In this document: piece by piece, positions 55,770 through 64,000 of the stretch | Numbering within the stretch: position 1 is the stretch's first letter | How the letters are laid out: every line of letters begins with the position of its first letter | Assembly: GCA_965117015.1 (NCBI GenBank) | Contig: OZ220747.1 | Coordinates: forward strand, 649,812 to 713,811 | DNA: 64,000 nucleotides | Origin: Acidimicrobiales bacterium | Lineage (GTDB): Bacteria > Actinomycetota > Acidimicrobiia > Acidimicrobiales > Aldehydirespiratoraceae | Reading direction: 5' to 3' | The notes under the pieces: generated by a model | What the model saw: only the letters and a program-made list of their open reading frames with translations | What the model was told of the DNA's origin: nothing | Database searches by the model: none | Translations under genes and position numbers: made by a program

Positions 55770-57146
55770 CTAGCCTCCGGTCACGCGGGTCGAGATGCCG
55801 GCCCGGTCGAAGAGTCGGCGAGCGGCGTCACCGGCCCTGGCCATGATCTGGCGCTCGTCGGCTGCGACCAGCGCACCGTCCCGGATCACGATCCGGCCGT
55901 CGACCACCACGTCCCGGACATCTCGGGGCGTGGCGTTGTAGACGAGGGCGCTCGCCACCCGGTGGACCGGAGCCACGAACGGCGCCCGGAGATCCACGAC
56001 CAGCAGGTCGGCCCGCTGACCCTCGGCCAGCGCGCCGAACTCATCCGGCATGCCGAACGCGGCCGACCCGCCCCGGCACGCCATGCGCAGGACGTCCTCG
56101 GGCTGGAACACCAGCGCATCGAGATGGTGCACCTTCTGCAGCAGCACGGTGGCCTTGAGAACCTCGAACATGTCCTGCCGGTTGTTGCTGCCCGGTCCGT
56201 CGCTGGCCAGGGCCACGGTGATGCCCCGAGCCCGCATCTCCGCAACCGGCGCCACCCCGGAAGCGAGGTACATGTTCGACACCGGACAGTGCACGACCAC
56301 CGAGCCCGACGCCGCGATCAGGTCGAGCTCGTCGTCGTCGACCCACACGCTGTGGGCCAGTTGCATGTCGGGGCCGAGCACGCCGAGGGAGTCGAGCCAG
56401 GCCACATGGCGCACACCCCGCTCCTCGAGGCTCATATCCACCTCGACCGCAGTCTCGGCGCAGTGGATGTGGGTGCCCCGACCCCAGCTTCGAGCGGCGG
56501 CGACCGTGGTCCGCATCGCCTCGTCTGAGCATCCCCAGGGGATGAGCGGCGCCAGCTCCACACGGATCCGGTCCTCGTCGTGGCCGTCCCAGCGGCGCCG
56601 GGCCGCCTCGGCGCGCGTAACCGCCTGCTCGGCCGTCTGCTCCAGCGCGGGGTGGTAGTTGCGGTCGGCCCAGCCGTGAGCCAGCAGGAAGCGCACCCCC
56701 AACTCGTCGGCGGCCCGGCACACCGCGTCGTTGATGGCCTCGTCGGTGTGGATGTACTGGTGGTCGATCACCGTGGTGGCCCCTCCCCGAAGGTTCTCGG
56801 CCAGCCCCGCAAGGGCCGCGGCATGCGCGATGTCGGCGTCGAGATGGACGGCGGCGGGCCAGATGCAGTCCCGCAGCCAGTCGAGCAGGGCCTTGTCGTC
56901 GGCCAAGCCTCGGAAGAGGGCCTGGAACAGGTGGGTGTGAGCGTTGGTCATCCCCGGCATGACCGCGCACCCCGCCGCGTCGATCACCTCTCCGGCCTGG
57001 GCCAGGCGAGCGGACGGAGGCTCCCCCGCACCCACCTCGGCCACCCGGTTGCCGCGCACATACACCCACCCCGGATCGTGCACCGCGCCAACGTCGTCGA
57101 CCGTGACGACCGCGCCGCCGCGGACCAGCAGATCGTGATCGGTCAC
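55770..57146 (-). CDS. Amidohydrolase of the TRZ/ATZ, MTA/guanine-deaminase-like family
   Basis: GTG at 57146 gives MTDHDLLVRGGAVVTVDD.... Motifs PGMTNAHTHLFQ, HIHCAET, ALASDG. The 727-aa track ORF is an out-of-gene extension. Confidence 0.75.
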   Translation of the reverse strand: MTDHDLLVRGGAVVTVDDVGAVHDPGWVYVRGNRVAEVGAGEPPSARLAQAGEVIDAAGCAVMPGMTNAHTHLFQALFRGLADDKALLDWLRDCIWPAAVHLDADIAHAAALAGLAENLRGGATTVIDHQYIHTDEAINDAVCRAADELGVRFLLAHGWADRNYHPALEQTAEQAVTRAEAARRRWDGHDEDRIRVELAPLIPWGCSDEAMRTTVAAARSWGRGTHIHCAETAVEVDMSLEERGVRHVAWLDSLGVLGPDMQLAHSVWVDDDELDLIAASGSVVVHCPVSNMYLASGVAPVAEMRARGITVALASDGPGSNNRQDMFEVLKATVLLQKVHHLDALVFQPEDVLRMACRGGSAAFGMPDEFGALAEGQRADLLVVDLRAPFVAPVHRVASALVYNATPRDVRDVVVDGRIVIRDGALVAADERQIMARAGDAARRLFDRAGISTRVTGG

Positions 57147-57160
57147 GGACTCGACAAGGT

Positions 57161-58213
57161 TCAGGGGGACCAGCCGGCGAAGGTGTCGATTACCGGCTTC
57201 ATGTCGTCCATCAGCGGGTACAGCACCGGGCAGGTGACGCCGGCGTCGATGAACTCGGCCACGGTGTCCCGGCATTCCGATGCGCTGCCCACGGCCATGA
57301 TGCCGCGCACCAGGTCGTCGCCGATGAGTGGGGCGGCCTTGTAGTAGTCGGCCTCCGTAGCCGGCCAGCCGACTACTTCCTGGACCCGGTCGATGAGTTC
57401 GGGGTCGGCCCCGGAGGCGGCCATGATGTGGGGCTCGGTCCCCAGGTAGTAAGCGACCAGCGACTTGCCGGTGAGCAGGGCAGTGTCGGGATCGTCGTCG
57501 GACAGCGAGCAGATCAGCAGCTCGGGCCGGTCGATGTCGTCGATGGTGCGGCCCGACTTGGCCGCTCCGGCCCCGACCCGGGCCACCGCGTCGCGGATGT
57601 AGTCGACCGACACCACGTAGTTGAGCATGGCGCCGTCGGCGATCTCGCCCGTCAACTCCAGCATCTTTGGGCCGGTGGCGCCGATGTAGATCGGGATGTC
57701 GCGGGGCGAGGTGTCGCCGTAGGCCACGTCGAGGGCCACCCGGTCGAGGTGCACGAACTCGCCCTCGTAGGTGACCTCCTCCATCGTGAACAGCGCCCGG
57801 ATCGCCTCGACGTTCTCGCGCATCGCGGTCAGCGGCTTGCGGCGGCCCGCGCCGACGCGACCGGCGATGGGCTCCCACCAGGCGCCGAGTCCCAGCATCA
57901 CCCGGCTGCCCCCGTCGGGCGCGGGCCCGCCGAGCTCGTGCATCGTGCTCCATGTGGCCGCGATCACCGCCGGGTTGCGGGTGTAGATGGGCAGCACGCC
58001 ACTAGCGACGCGCAGCCGTTTGGTGGACGCCAGCAGAGCGCTCATCATCACCACACAGTCGCGGGCCAGCCGGGTGTCGCCCTGCCAGATCTCGCTGAAG
58101 CCCTTCTCCTCCGCATACTTCGCCATCTCGATCTCGTAGGCGATGTCGTGCTTGTCCTGGAAGTAGAGCGCCATCCGCTGAGTCATGGCCGCAGATTGTT
58201 CCACACCGGTCAA
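57161..58213 (-). CDS. Luciferase-like monooxygenase (LLM) family oxidoreductase, probably F420-dependent
   Basis: [48 protein letters not shown]. 350 aa; an alternative start lies at 58186. Confidence 0.7.
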   Translation of the reverse strand: MTGVEQSAAMTQRMALYFQDKHDIAYEIEMAKYAEEKGFSEIWQGDTRLARDCVVMMSALLASTKRLRVASGVLPIYTRNPAVIAATWSTMHELGGPAPDGGSRVMLGLGAWWEPIAGRVGAGRRKPLTAMRENVEAIRALFTMEEVTYEGEFVHLDRVALDVAYGDTSPRDIPIYIGATGPKMLELTGEIADGAMLNYVVSVDYIRDAVARVGAGAAKSGRTIDDIDRPELLICSLSDDDPDTALLTGKSLVAYYLGTEPHIMAASGADPELIDRVQEVVGWPATEADYYKAAPLIGDDLVRGIMAVGSASECRDTVAEFIDAGVTCPVLYPLMDDMKPVIDTFAGWSP

Positions 58214-58234
58214 CGCCGCCTACGATCGGCGGTG

Positions 58235-58621
58235 ATGGGATCGAAGGCCGTCGAACCGGAGGGAATTGCTCCTCCCGCGGCGCGCTATGCCCACGCCGTC
58301 GTCACCACCGGGGCGGAGAAGTGGCTGCACACTTCGGGGATCGTGGCCACCCGGGCCGACGGGTCGATAGCCGATGACGTCGGCGGGCAGGCCCGCGACG
58401 TGTGGGGCAACATCTCGGCCATACTCGCCGAGGCCGGCATGGAGCCGAGCGACATCGTGTCGGTCATCACCTACGTGGTGCCGGGACAGGATCTCGCCCC
58501 GGTGATGGCCGAGCGAGACCGGTTCCTCGGCGGCCGCCTGGCCGCTTCCACGCTGCTGATCGTGCCTGAGCTGGCCCAGCCGGCCTGGAAGGTCGAGATC
58601 GCGGTCGTGGCGGCCCGCTGA
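58235..58621 (+). CDS. RidA/YjgF-family reactive-intermediate deaminase
   Basis: IAPPAARYAHAVVTTGAEKWLHTSG...KVEIAVVAAR. 128 aa. It is divergent from the LLM gene. Confidence 0.7.
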   Translation: MGSKAVEPEGIAPPAARYAHAVVTTGAEKWLHTSGIVATRADGSIADDVGGQARDVWGNISAILAEAGMEPSDIVSVITYVVPGQDLAPVMAERDRFLGGRLAASTLLIVPELAQPAWKVEIAVVAAR

Positions 58622-58693
58622 CCGCGTCGCACCGCGGCCGGCTCGGCAACCCACGATCAGGTGCCGACCGCCGCCCGTTCCGACCCAGCCCGC

Positions 58694-59206
58694 TCAGGCA
58701 CCGACCGCGGCTAGCTCAGACCCAGCCCGTTCAATGAAGGCCGTTATCTCCTGTGAGCTGTGCTGGTCCAACCCGTACAGAGCCACCCAGCGCAGCCGCG
58801 TCCCGGGAGCACAGAAGCGAGCGATCGTGCGTCGCAGCAACTGGCGCCCGGGCTCGCCCTGAAGCCAGTTCGTCCACTTGGGCGAGCCGTGAGTGGTGAC
58901 CGCTATGAGATGCCTCACCGTGCGCAACGGCGATGTTGCGGGATCGGCAGCACCGTCGAGCCAGGCCGCGAGCTCGCGCTGCACCCACGAGAGCATCGGC
59001 GCGGGCAGGCCGCCCCACCAGGTCGGGTAGACGAGCACTAGACCCTCGGCGCCCGAGACGCTGACGCCGTCGATCCACTCTCCCTGCGTCAGCCGCACGA
59101 GCTCGACGGTGTGACCGGCCCGCTCCAGCGTCTCCACCACCCGGTCGCGGAGAGCCACGTTGAGGCACTCCTGTTGCGGGTGGGCGTGCAACACCACAAA
59201 GCGCAC
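58694..59206 (-). CDS. Flavodoxin-like fold NAD(P)H-dependent oxidoreductase (NQO/Flavodoxin_2 family)
   Basis: GTG at 59206 gives VRFVVLHAHPQQECLNVAL..GHTVELVRL..LVLVYPTWWGGLPAPMLSWV. Confidence 0.6.
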   Translation of the reverse strand: MRFVVLHAHPQQECLNVALRDRVVETLERAGHTVELVRLTQGEWIDGVSVSGAEGLVLVYPTWWGGLPAPMLSWVQRELAAWLDGAADPATSPLRTVRHLIAVTTHGSPKWTNWLQGEPGRQLLRRTIARFCAPGTRLRWVALYGLDQHSSQEITAFIERAGSELAAVGA

Positions 59207-59252
59207 AGCCGGAGGGTACTGCGCCGGGCCGAGCCGTTCTAGAGTTCTTGAC

Positions 59253-59819
59253 GTGGACCTGCGGGACTGGATAGTCGGAGACTTGAAGTCGCTTGGAGCC
59301 AAGCTGGACGGCGGCGTGCTGGGACGCATCCCCGCGGAGCGGCGCCGGGAGCGGGTCGACGGCGGGGGCATCGCGCCGGTCTACGTGTTGTGGCATCTGG
59401 CCCGGCATCACGACGTGGCTGTGAACGGTGTGCTGCGGGGGGTTGGAGCCGTGGTGGACGGCTGGGCCGGCCGCCTCGGCATCGACCGCGACCTGTGGCG
59501 GGGGCTGGCCGAGGGCGAGGACGCCGATCTGGTGGACGTCCTGGACCCCGAGGCCGTCGGCGGCTACACCCTGGCCGTGATCCAGTCGACCGCCGACTGG
59601 CTCGACGATCGGGGCCTGCCGCCGATGGACGAGCGGCCCGATACTGCCTCGGCGCTGGCCGCCATCGGCACGCCGGAGGATCGCTTCGACTGGCTATACG
59701 CCATGTGGGACGGCAAGCCGACCTCCTGGTTCCTCCAGTGGAGCGCGGTGGGGCACGGCATCAACCACCTGGGCGAGCTGGTGTCCATCCGCAACCGGAT
59801 GGGCCTCAGTCCCTTCTAG
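59253..59819 (+). CDS. DinB-family (four-helix bundle) protein
   Basis: WHLARHHD...GHGINHLGELVSIR is a His-triad-like pattern. GTG start chosen at 59253. Confidence 0.45.
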   Translation: MDLRDWIVGDLKSLGAKLDGGVLGRIPAERRRERVDGGGIAPVYVLWHLARHHDVAVNGVLRGVGAVVDGWAGRLGIDRDLWRGLAEGEDADLVDVLDPEAVGGYTLAVIQSTADWLDDRGLPPMDERPDTASALAAIGTPEDRFDWLYAMWDGKPTSWFLQWSAVGHGINHLGELVSIRNRMGLSPF

Positions 59820-59837
59820 AACTTCGACTGCCCGGTC

Positions 59838-60728
59838 TCACAGGCTCCGGTGGTCGGTGTCCTGGGAGGAATGCCATCGCAGCACCCGCCTCTCGACGGC
59901 GATCAGCAGCAGGACGAAGGCCACGCCGATGAAGGCCAGCACGAAGACGCTGCCCCACAGTTGCTCCACCAGCAGCCGGGACTGGGCGACCCGAGCCGCG
60001 TTCCCGAGCCCTTCCCTGGAGTTGAAGAACTCACCGACAACCGCTCCCACCAGGGCCAGGCCAACGCAGATGCGGCCCGCGGCGAAGAGGTACGGCAGCG
60101 AATGGGGGATCCTGAGACGCCAGTAGATCTCCCAGCGGCTGGCATTCACCGATCGCAGCAGCTCGTGCGTCTCGCTGTCGATCGAACGCAGTCCAATGAG
60201 GGCGTTGGCCACGAACGGCACCCACGCGAACAGCATGGCGGTGAGGATCTTCGGCCAGGGCGAGAACCCGAACCACAGCAGGAAGATCGGCACCAGCACC
60301 GCCACCGGCGTCGACTGCATCAACACGATCACCGGCATCGTCGCCCGCTCCATGAACTGCGAGTGGGCCATCCAGGTGGCCACGAAGAGGGCCGCGAAGA
60401 AGGCGATCCAGAACCCCCAGAACGCCTCCTGGATGGTCACCAGCCCGTTCCGCGAGTAGAAGCCCGGATTCTCGACCACATGGATGATCACTTCGGATGG
60501 CAGCGGCAGCGTGAGAGGTCGAAGGTTGCGGACCACGACGTATATCTCCCAGCCCACGAAGAAGGCGGTCAGACCGGCGAAGGGCGCCACCAGGAGGGCG
60601 GCCCGCCGGACCGGCCGTCGGGGCGCCTCGGGCGGTTCCTCGACCGGGAGCTCCGGGTCGAGGCCCGGATCCCCGCCCCCTTGAGGGTCGGGCGAGCCCG
60701 GAACGGGCGACGCAGTCCAGCCCGTCAA
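59838..60728 (-). CDS. ABC transporter permease (NitT/TauT/SsuC-like)
   Basis: TTG at 60728 (TTGA overlap with the ATPase stop). Has 6 TM segments and the EAA-like loop LRSVNASRWEIYWRLRIPHSLPYLF. Confidence 0.75.
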   Translation of the reverse strand: MTGWTASPVPGSPDPQGGGDPGLDPELPVEEPPEAPRRPVRRAALLVAPFAGLTAFFVGWEIYVVVRNLRPLTLPLPSEVIIHVVENPGFYSRNGLVTIQEAFWGFWIAFFAALFVATWMAHSQFMERATMPVIVLMQSTPVAVLVPIFLLWFGFSPWPKILTAMLFAWVPFVANALIGLRSIDSETHELLRSVNASRWEIYWRLRIPHSLPYLFAAGRICVGLALVGAVVGEFFNSREGLGNAARVAQSRLLVEQLWGSVFVLAFIGVAFVLLLIAVERRVLRWHSSQDTDHRSL

Positions 60729-61609
60729 CTCGACCAACCCTGCCTGAGTGCAGCCCGGACCTCGCCCAGCACACGGTGATAGTCGTCGCTGTCCTCCACC
60801 TCGGCGTGGCGGGGCCTGGGCAGGCTCACGTCGATGACCTGGGTGATGCGCCCCGGCCTGGATCCCAGGACGGCCACACGGTCCGACAGCACGACCGCTT
60901 CGGGGATGGAGTGGGTCACGAACAGCACGGTGCTGCCGATCTGGCCCCACAGGTGGAGCAGCAGGTACCGCATGTCGGCCCGGGTGATCTCGTCGAGGGC
61001 CGAGAACGGCTCGTCCATCAACAGCACGGGCGCTCCCAGCGCGAAGGCGCGGGCGATGCTCACCCGTTGCTGGAGACCCCCGCTCAGCTCGCGGGGCAGC
61101 GAATCCAGGAAGGGGGTCAGCCCGATGTCGTCGAGCATGGCCAACTGGTCGTCGGTGGACATGCCCGGGTTGTCCTGCCGGCGGTTGACGTCGGAGAGCA
61201 GCGAGACATTCCTGCGCACCGTTCGCCACGGCAGCAGGGCCGGGTGCTGCGGCACGAAGCCGTAGCGCTTCTGCCGGCGGGCCTCGGCGGGCGACTGGTT
61301 GTTCACGACGACGGACCCGCGGTCGGGTTCGAGGAGTCCGCCGGCCAGCCGCAGCATGGTCGACTTGCCGCAGCCCGAGGGCCCGATGAGGCTGACGAAC
61401 TCCGACTGGCGCACATCCAGACTGATCCGCGACAGGGCGTGGACCAGACGGTCCTTGCGCCTGAACCACTTCGACACGGCTTCGAAGCTGATGGCCGCAT
61501 CGGTCGCGGTGTCTGCCCTGCTCACCACGCCCCCAATGCCGATTCGTTCGCCTAGTCGCTCGGCCTGTGTGGGCGATCCGCCGGTCTCACGGGACCAGTG
61601 GGTTGTCAA
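60725..61609 (-). CDS. ABC transporter ATP-binding protein (NitT/TauT family)
   Basis: Walker A GPSGCGKST, signature LSGGLQQRVSIA, Walker B LLMDEP. Confidence 0.85.
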   Translation of the reverse strand: MTTHWSRETGGSPTQAERLGERIGIGGVVSRADTATDAAISFEAVSKWFRRKDRLVHALSRISLDVRQSEFVSLIGPSGCGKSTMLRLAGGLLEPDRGSVVVNNQSPAEARRQKRYGFVPQHPALLPWRTVRRNVSLLSDVNRRQDNPGMSTDDQLAMLDDIGLTPFLDSLPRELSGGLQQRVSIARAFALGAPVLLMDEPFSALDEITRADMRYLLLHLWGQIGSTVLFVTHSIPEAVVLSDRVAVLGSRPGRITQVIDVSLPRPRHAEVEDSDDYHRVLGEVRAALRQGWSS

Positions 61610-61621
61610 GCCCGGGCCGCC

Positions 61622-62719
61622 TCATCGCGCCGGCCAGATCAGTTCGGTGCCGTCGTAGACGCTGGCCGCGATGTCGGCGTTTACCATCGACCGCCAGTCC
61701 GGCATCTCCTCGAACACGCCGACCTGGGTGAGCGCGTCGATCTCGGCGCCGAGCAGGTCGAGATCGGGAATGCCCCGACCGGTCCCGGCCGGGGCCAGGT
61801 CCGCGATCAGCCCCGATTCGACGCTCCAGCGATAACGCTCCGCCTCCTTCGCGAAGTACATCGGATTGCCGGCCGCGTCTATCAACTCGAAGGCGTTGTC
61901 CACCGCTTCGTCCGGGTTGGCGGCCGCGAAGTCCTGGGCCTTGATCAGGGCACGCACCACGTCGGCCACCAAGTCGGGGTGCTCGTCGATCATGGCCTGG
62001 GTGGTGAAGTTGATCCCGAAGCTCGACGGCACGTCGAGGTCCAGGGGGTCGAGCACCGTGAAGGGCACACCGGCCGATGCGAGGATGTTCGGCTCGTTGG
62101 ACTTGTAGACGGGCAGCGCGTCGATGCCGAGCTCGAGATGCTGGATCGGGTCGAAGCCATCGAGGAGGATCTCCTCGAAGCAGCCGCGGTCGATTCCCGA
62201 CATGGCCACCGACGTCTGCAACGAGTAGGGAAGGTCGCCCTTGATCCCGACGACGCTGCCGCACAGTTCGGAGAAGTCGGTGATCTGGCTGCCCTCCGGG
62301 AGCACGATCGCCTCGATGGCGGTGCGCCCCCAGTGCAGCAGCGCCACCAGGTCGCCCTCGCCAGCGACGTTGTTGTTCACCAATTCGCCGAACGACCCGG
62401 AGTTGCCGAACTGGGCCTGGCCCTCGATGACCAGCGCGCTGCTCGCCGGCGCGAAGCCGGGCTGAACCTCGAAGTCGATGCACAGCTCGTCGAAGTAGCC
62501 CTGAGCATCGGCGACTATGGCGTCGATGATTCCCGCCGAGGCGGCGAAGTCGAAGCCGGTTACGAAGGTGATCGGTCCGGCGGCTCGGTTGGCCTCGCAT
62601 CGTGCCGATGCCACGCCGTCGTCGGCGCTGTCACCGCTGCAAGCGGCAGCCACCAGAACCAGCACCGCCACCAGGGGCAGGACGCGCATCATCGTCCGGT
62701 TCGACTTGAAATCTCTCAT
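61622..62719 (-). CDS. Lipoprotein substrate-binding protein (NMT1/THI5-like, NitT/TauT family)
   Basis: Lipobox LVAAACSG. PBP2 fold. First gene of the three-gene importer operon. Confidence 0.7.
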   Translation of the reverse strand: MRDFKSNRTMMRVLPLVAVLVLVAAACSGDSADDGVASARCEANRAAGPITFVTGFDFAASAGIIDAIVADAQGYFDELCIDFEVQPGFAPASSALVIEGQAQFGNSGSFGELVNNNVAGEGDLVALLHWGRTAIEAIVLPEGSQITDFSELCGSVVGIKGDLPYSLQTSVAMSGIDRGCFEEILLDGFDPIQHLELGIDALPVYKSNEPNILASAGVPFTVLDPLDLDVPSSFGINFTTQAMIDEHPDLVADVVRALIKAQDFAAANPDEAVDNAFELIDAAGNPMYFAKEAERYRWSVESGLIADLAPAGTGRGIPDLDLLGAEIDALTQVGVFEEMPDWRSMVNADIAASVYDGTELIWPAR

Positions 62720-62852
62720 AGCGCCCTCCCGTCAGTTCCAGTCCCGCAGGCGGATGCCTGCCGCAGTGGCGCACTTGCGATTCTGCCACCGGAGGATTCC
62801 CATTCCAAGGCCGACCACTCCCCGGCGAGGAGTCGAGACATACGATGGCACC

Positions 62853-64000
62853 ATGCGTCGGTGCCTCATCGCAGGGGTCGCGGCGTGCGCCTTGGTCATC
62901 GCCGCAGCCTGCTCGACCGGGCCCAGCCGCAGTTCGGTGCCGGCCCCAGCCGACTGGGCGTCGGAGGCCGAGACTGATCCGCTGGCCGGGGACACGAGCT
63001 TCACGGCACCACCCGCCGCACTCCTACCGTCCGCAGAGCCTGCTCCCGCCGAGGAAGGCCCGGCGGAGGCGGCCGCCGACGGGGAGGGATCCACTGACGG
63101 GTCCCTCTACGGCGGTCTGATAGCTGCCGCAGGCCCGCTCGGCCTGCGGCTCCTGGAACCGAGCGGCGAGGTCGTGGGCCTGCTGAGCCCCGACGACATC
63201 GTCACCCAGCCCACATGGTCGCGCGACGGTCTCCGTCTGGCTGCGACCCTCATCGATCCGGCCACCGGAGTCTCCCAGGTCGCCGTGGTCGATATCACCA
63301 CCGGCGACATCGTCACCACGACCACCAGCAGGCCCTACTTCTTCTACTCCTGGAGCCATGACGGCTCGCGGCTGGTCGCATTGGGGCCGAGTCAGACGGG
63401 CGGCACCGCGGCCTTCATACTGGACGAGTCCGGCGCGCCCGCCTCGGACGTGTGGCTCTCGGGCCAGAGCATCTACGTCGCGTGGGAGCCCGGCGGACAC
63501 CGGCTGCTGGTGCACGCCGGGCACCAGCTGATGCTCGTCAACGACGTCGACTCGCCTCGCGATCACAGCGACTACGGCTTAGTCGGCGTTGACTTCCTGG
63601 CTCCGGCCTGGGTGCCGGGGACTCAGGACTTCCTCTATGTGGACTCCTATGGACAGGCGCCAGCCGACGCCGGGGAGCAGGAACTCTTGGACCGGAGGTC
63701 CAGCACCGACCCGCAACTGCTGCGCCGCAGCGCTGACACCGGCGAGATCACCGATCTCGGACCCGCCGGCCTGTACACGATGCTGGCAGTCCACCCGTCT
63801 GGAGACCGCGCCGCCGTCTCAGCGGCCTCACACAAGCGGCCGGCCCCTGCGGGCGATAGCTCCGAGACAGTCTCGATCTCGCCGACCGGGACGGAGACCG
63901 GCGTTCCGGCCGGCTCCGTGCAGATCGTGGACCTCGCCACCGCCGAGCGCCTCACCGTCCTCGACAGGATCGGGCTCTGGCTCGAGTGGAGCCCGGACGG
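62853..64000 (+). CDS. Secreted lipoprotein with TolB-like (PD40) beta-propeller repeats; 3' end lies beyond the window
   Basis: Hand translation from ATG 62853 is open to the window end; the ORF is not in the track because it has no stop. Lipobox LVIAAACS. Recurrent W(S/E)xDG(S/H)RL motifs (TWSRDGLRL, SWSHDGSRL, AWEPGGHRL, EWSPDG). Confidence 0.6.
   Translation, partial: MRRCLIAGVAACALVIAAACSTGPSRSSVPAPADWASEAETDPLAGDTSFTAPPAALLPSAEPAPAEEGPAEAAADGEGSTDGSLYGGLIAAAGPLGLRLLEPSGEVVGLLSPDDIVTQPTWSRDGLRLAATLIDPATGVSQVAVVDITTGDIVTTTTSRPYFFYSWSHDGSRLVALGPSQTGGTAAFILDESGAPASDVWLSGQSIYVAWEPGGHRLLVHAGHQLMLVNDVDSPRDHSDYGLVGVDFLAPAWVPGTQDFLYVDSYGQAPADAGEQELLDRRSSTDPQLLRRSADTGEITDLGPAGLYTMLAVHPSGDRAAVSAASHKRPAPAGDSSETVSISPTGTETGVPAGSVQIVDLATAERLTVLDRIGLWLEWSPD

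Noticed and set aside
55770-57953. A 727-aa ORF suggesting a giant amidohydrolase fusion.
   Set aside because: Only the C-terminal 458 aa (from GTG 57146) look like an amidohydrolase. The N-terminal part is low-complexity and overlaps the well-formed LLM gene (57161..58213) in another frame.
48101-58213. Calling the molybdoenzyme cluster literally selenium-dependent.
   Set aside because: No selD, yqeC, selenocysteine machinery or in-frame TGA is visible in the window. Only the family resemblance (XdhD/YgfM/SsnA/YqeB) is supported, so the selenium link is left as an open question.
59838-61469. A 543-aa ORF spanning the permease and ATPase regions.
   Set aside because: The upstream 247 aa are Arg/Pro-rich nonsense overlapping the bona fide ABC ATPase gene. 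The TTG at 60728 gives a normal 296-aa permease with a TTGA coupling overlap.
62720-62852. A possible TPP or ZTP riboswitch in the 5' leader of the NMT1/THI5-like SBP gene.
   Set aside because: I read the minus-strand leader. There is no CTGAGA / ACCTGATCTGGATAATGCCAGCG core (TPP) and no GACTGGCG ... CCGCCTGGGC arrangement (ZTP); only a partial CCGCCTGCGGG resemblance. A covariance-model scan would be needed to revisit this.

Overview
High-GC (~70%) actinobacterial chromosomal window. It is densely coding, with about 70 CDS and two tRNA-Thr genes, and many 4-bp ATGA/GTGA/TTGA start-stop overlaps. I saw no rRNA, CRISPR array, transposase, integrase or phage genes.

Most of it is conserved housekeeping backbone. 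From memory, the order resembles the Mycobacterium Rv3596c-Rv3660c region:
- clpC1, lysS, coaX, panC, folK, hpt, tilS
- sigH/rsrA-like pair, holB, tmk, topA
- an Ssd/CpaF/TadB/TadC/Flp/TadE pilus locus

Other content:
- a second Tad-like locus at the left edge
- an amidase plus Liv-type ABC operon, headed by ArsR and an SRPBCC::AmiC-like fusion
- nhaA divergent from a 7-gene mrp operon
- a STAS/RsbW pair
- three luciferase-like (probably F420-dependent) oxidoreductases
- a NitT/TauT-type ABC importer

The best candidate for a poorly described system is the minus-strand cluster at about 48.1-58.2 kb. It encodes an XdhD-like molybdoenzyme with a Cys-less 2Fe-2S-like domain, a YgfM-like FAD subunit, an SsnA-like and a second amidohydrolase, and XdhC and YqeB-like maturation proteins, bracketed by two LLM oxidoreductases. 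It is flanked by RidA, a flavodoxin-like reductase and an ABC importer.

The remaining curiosities are modest and are reported with low to moderate interest. All functional calls come from reading motifs in the supplied translations. No database search was possible.
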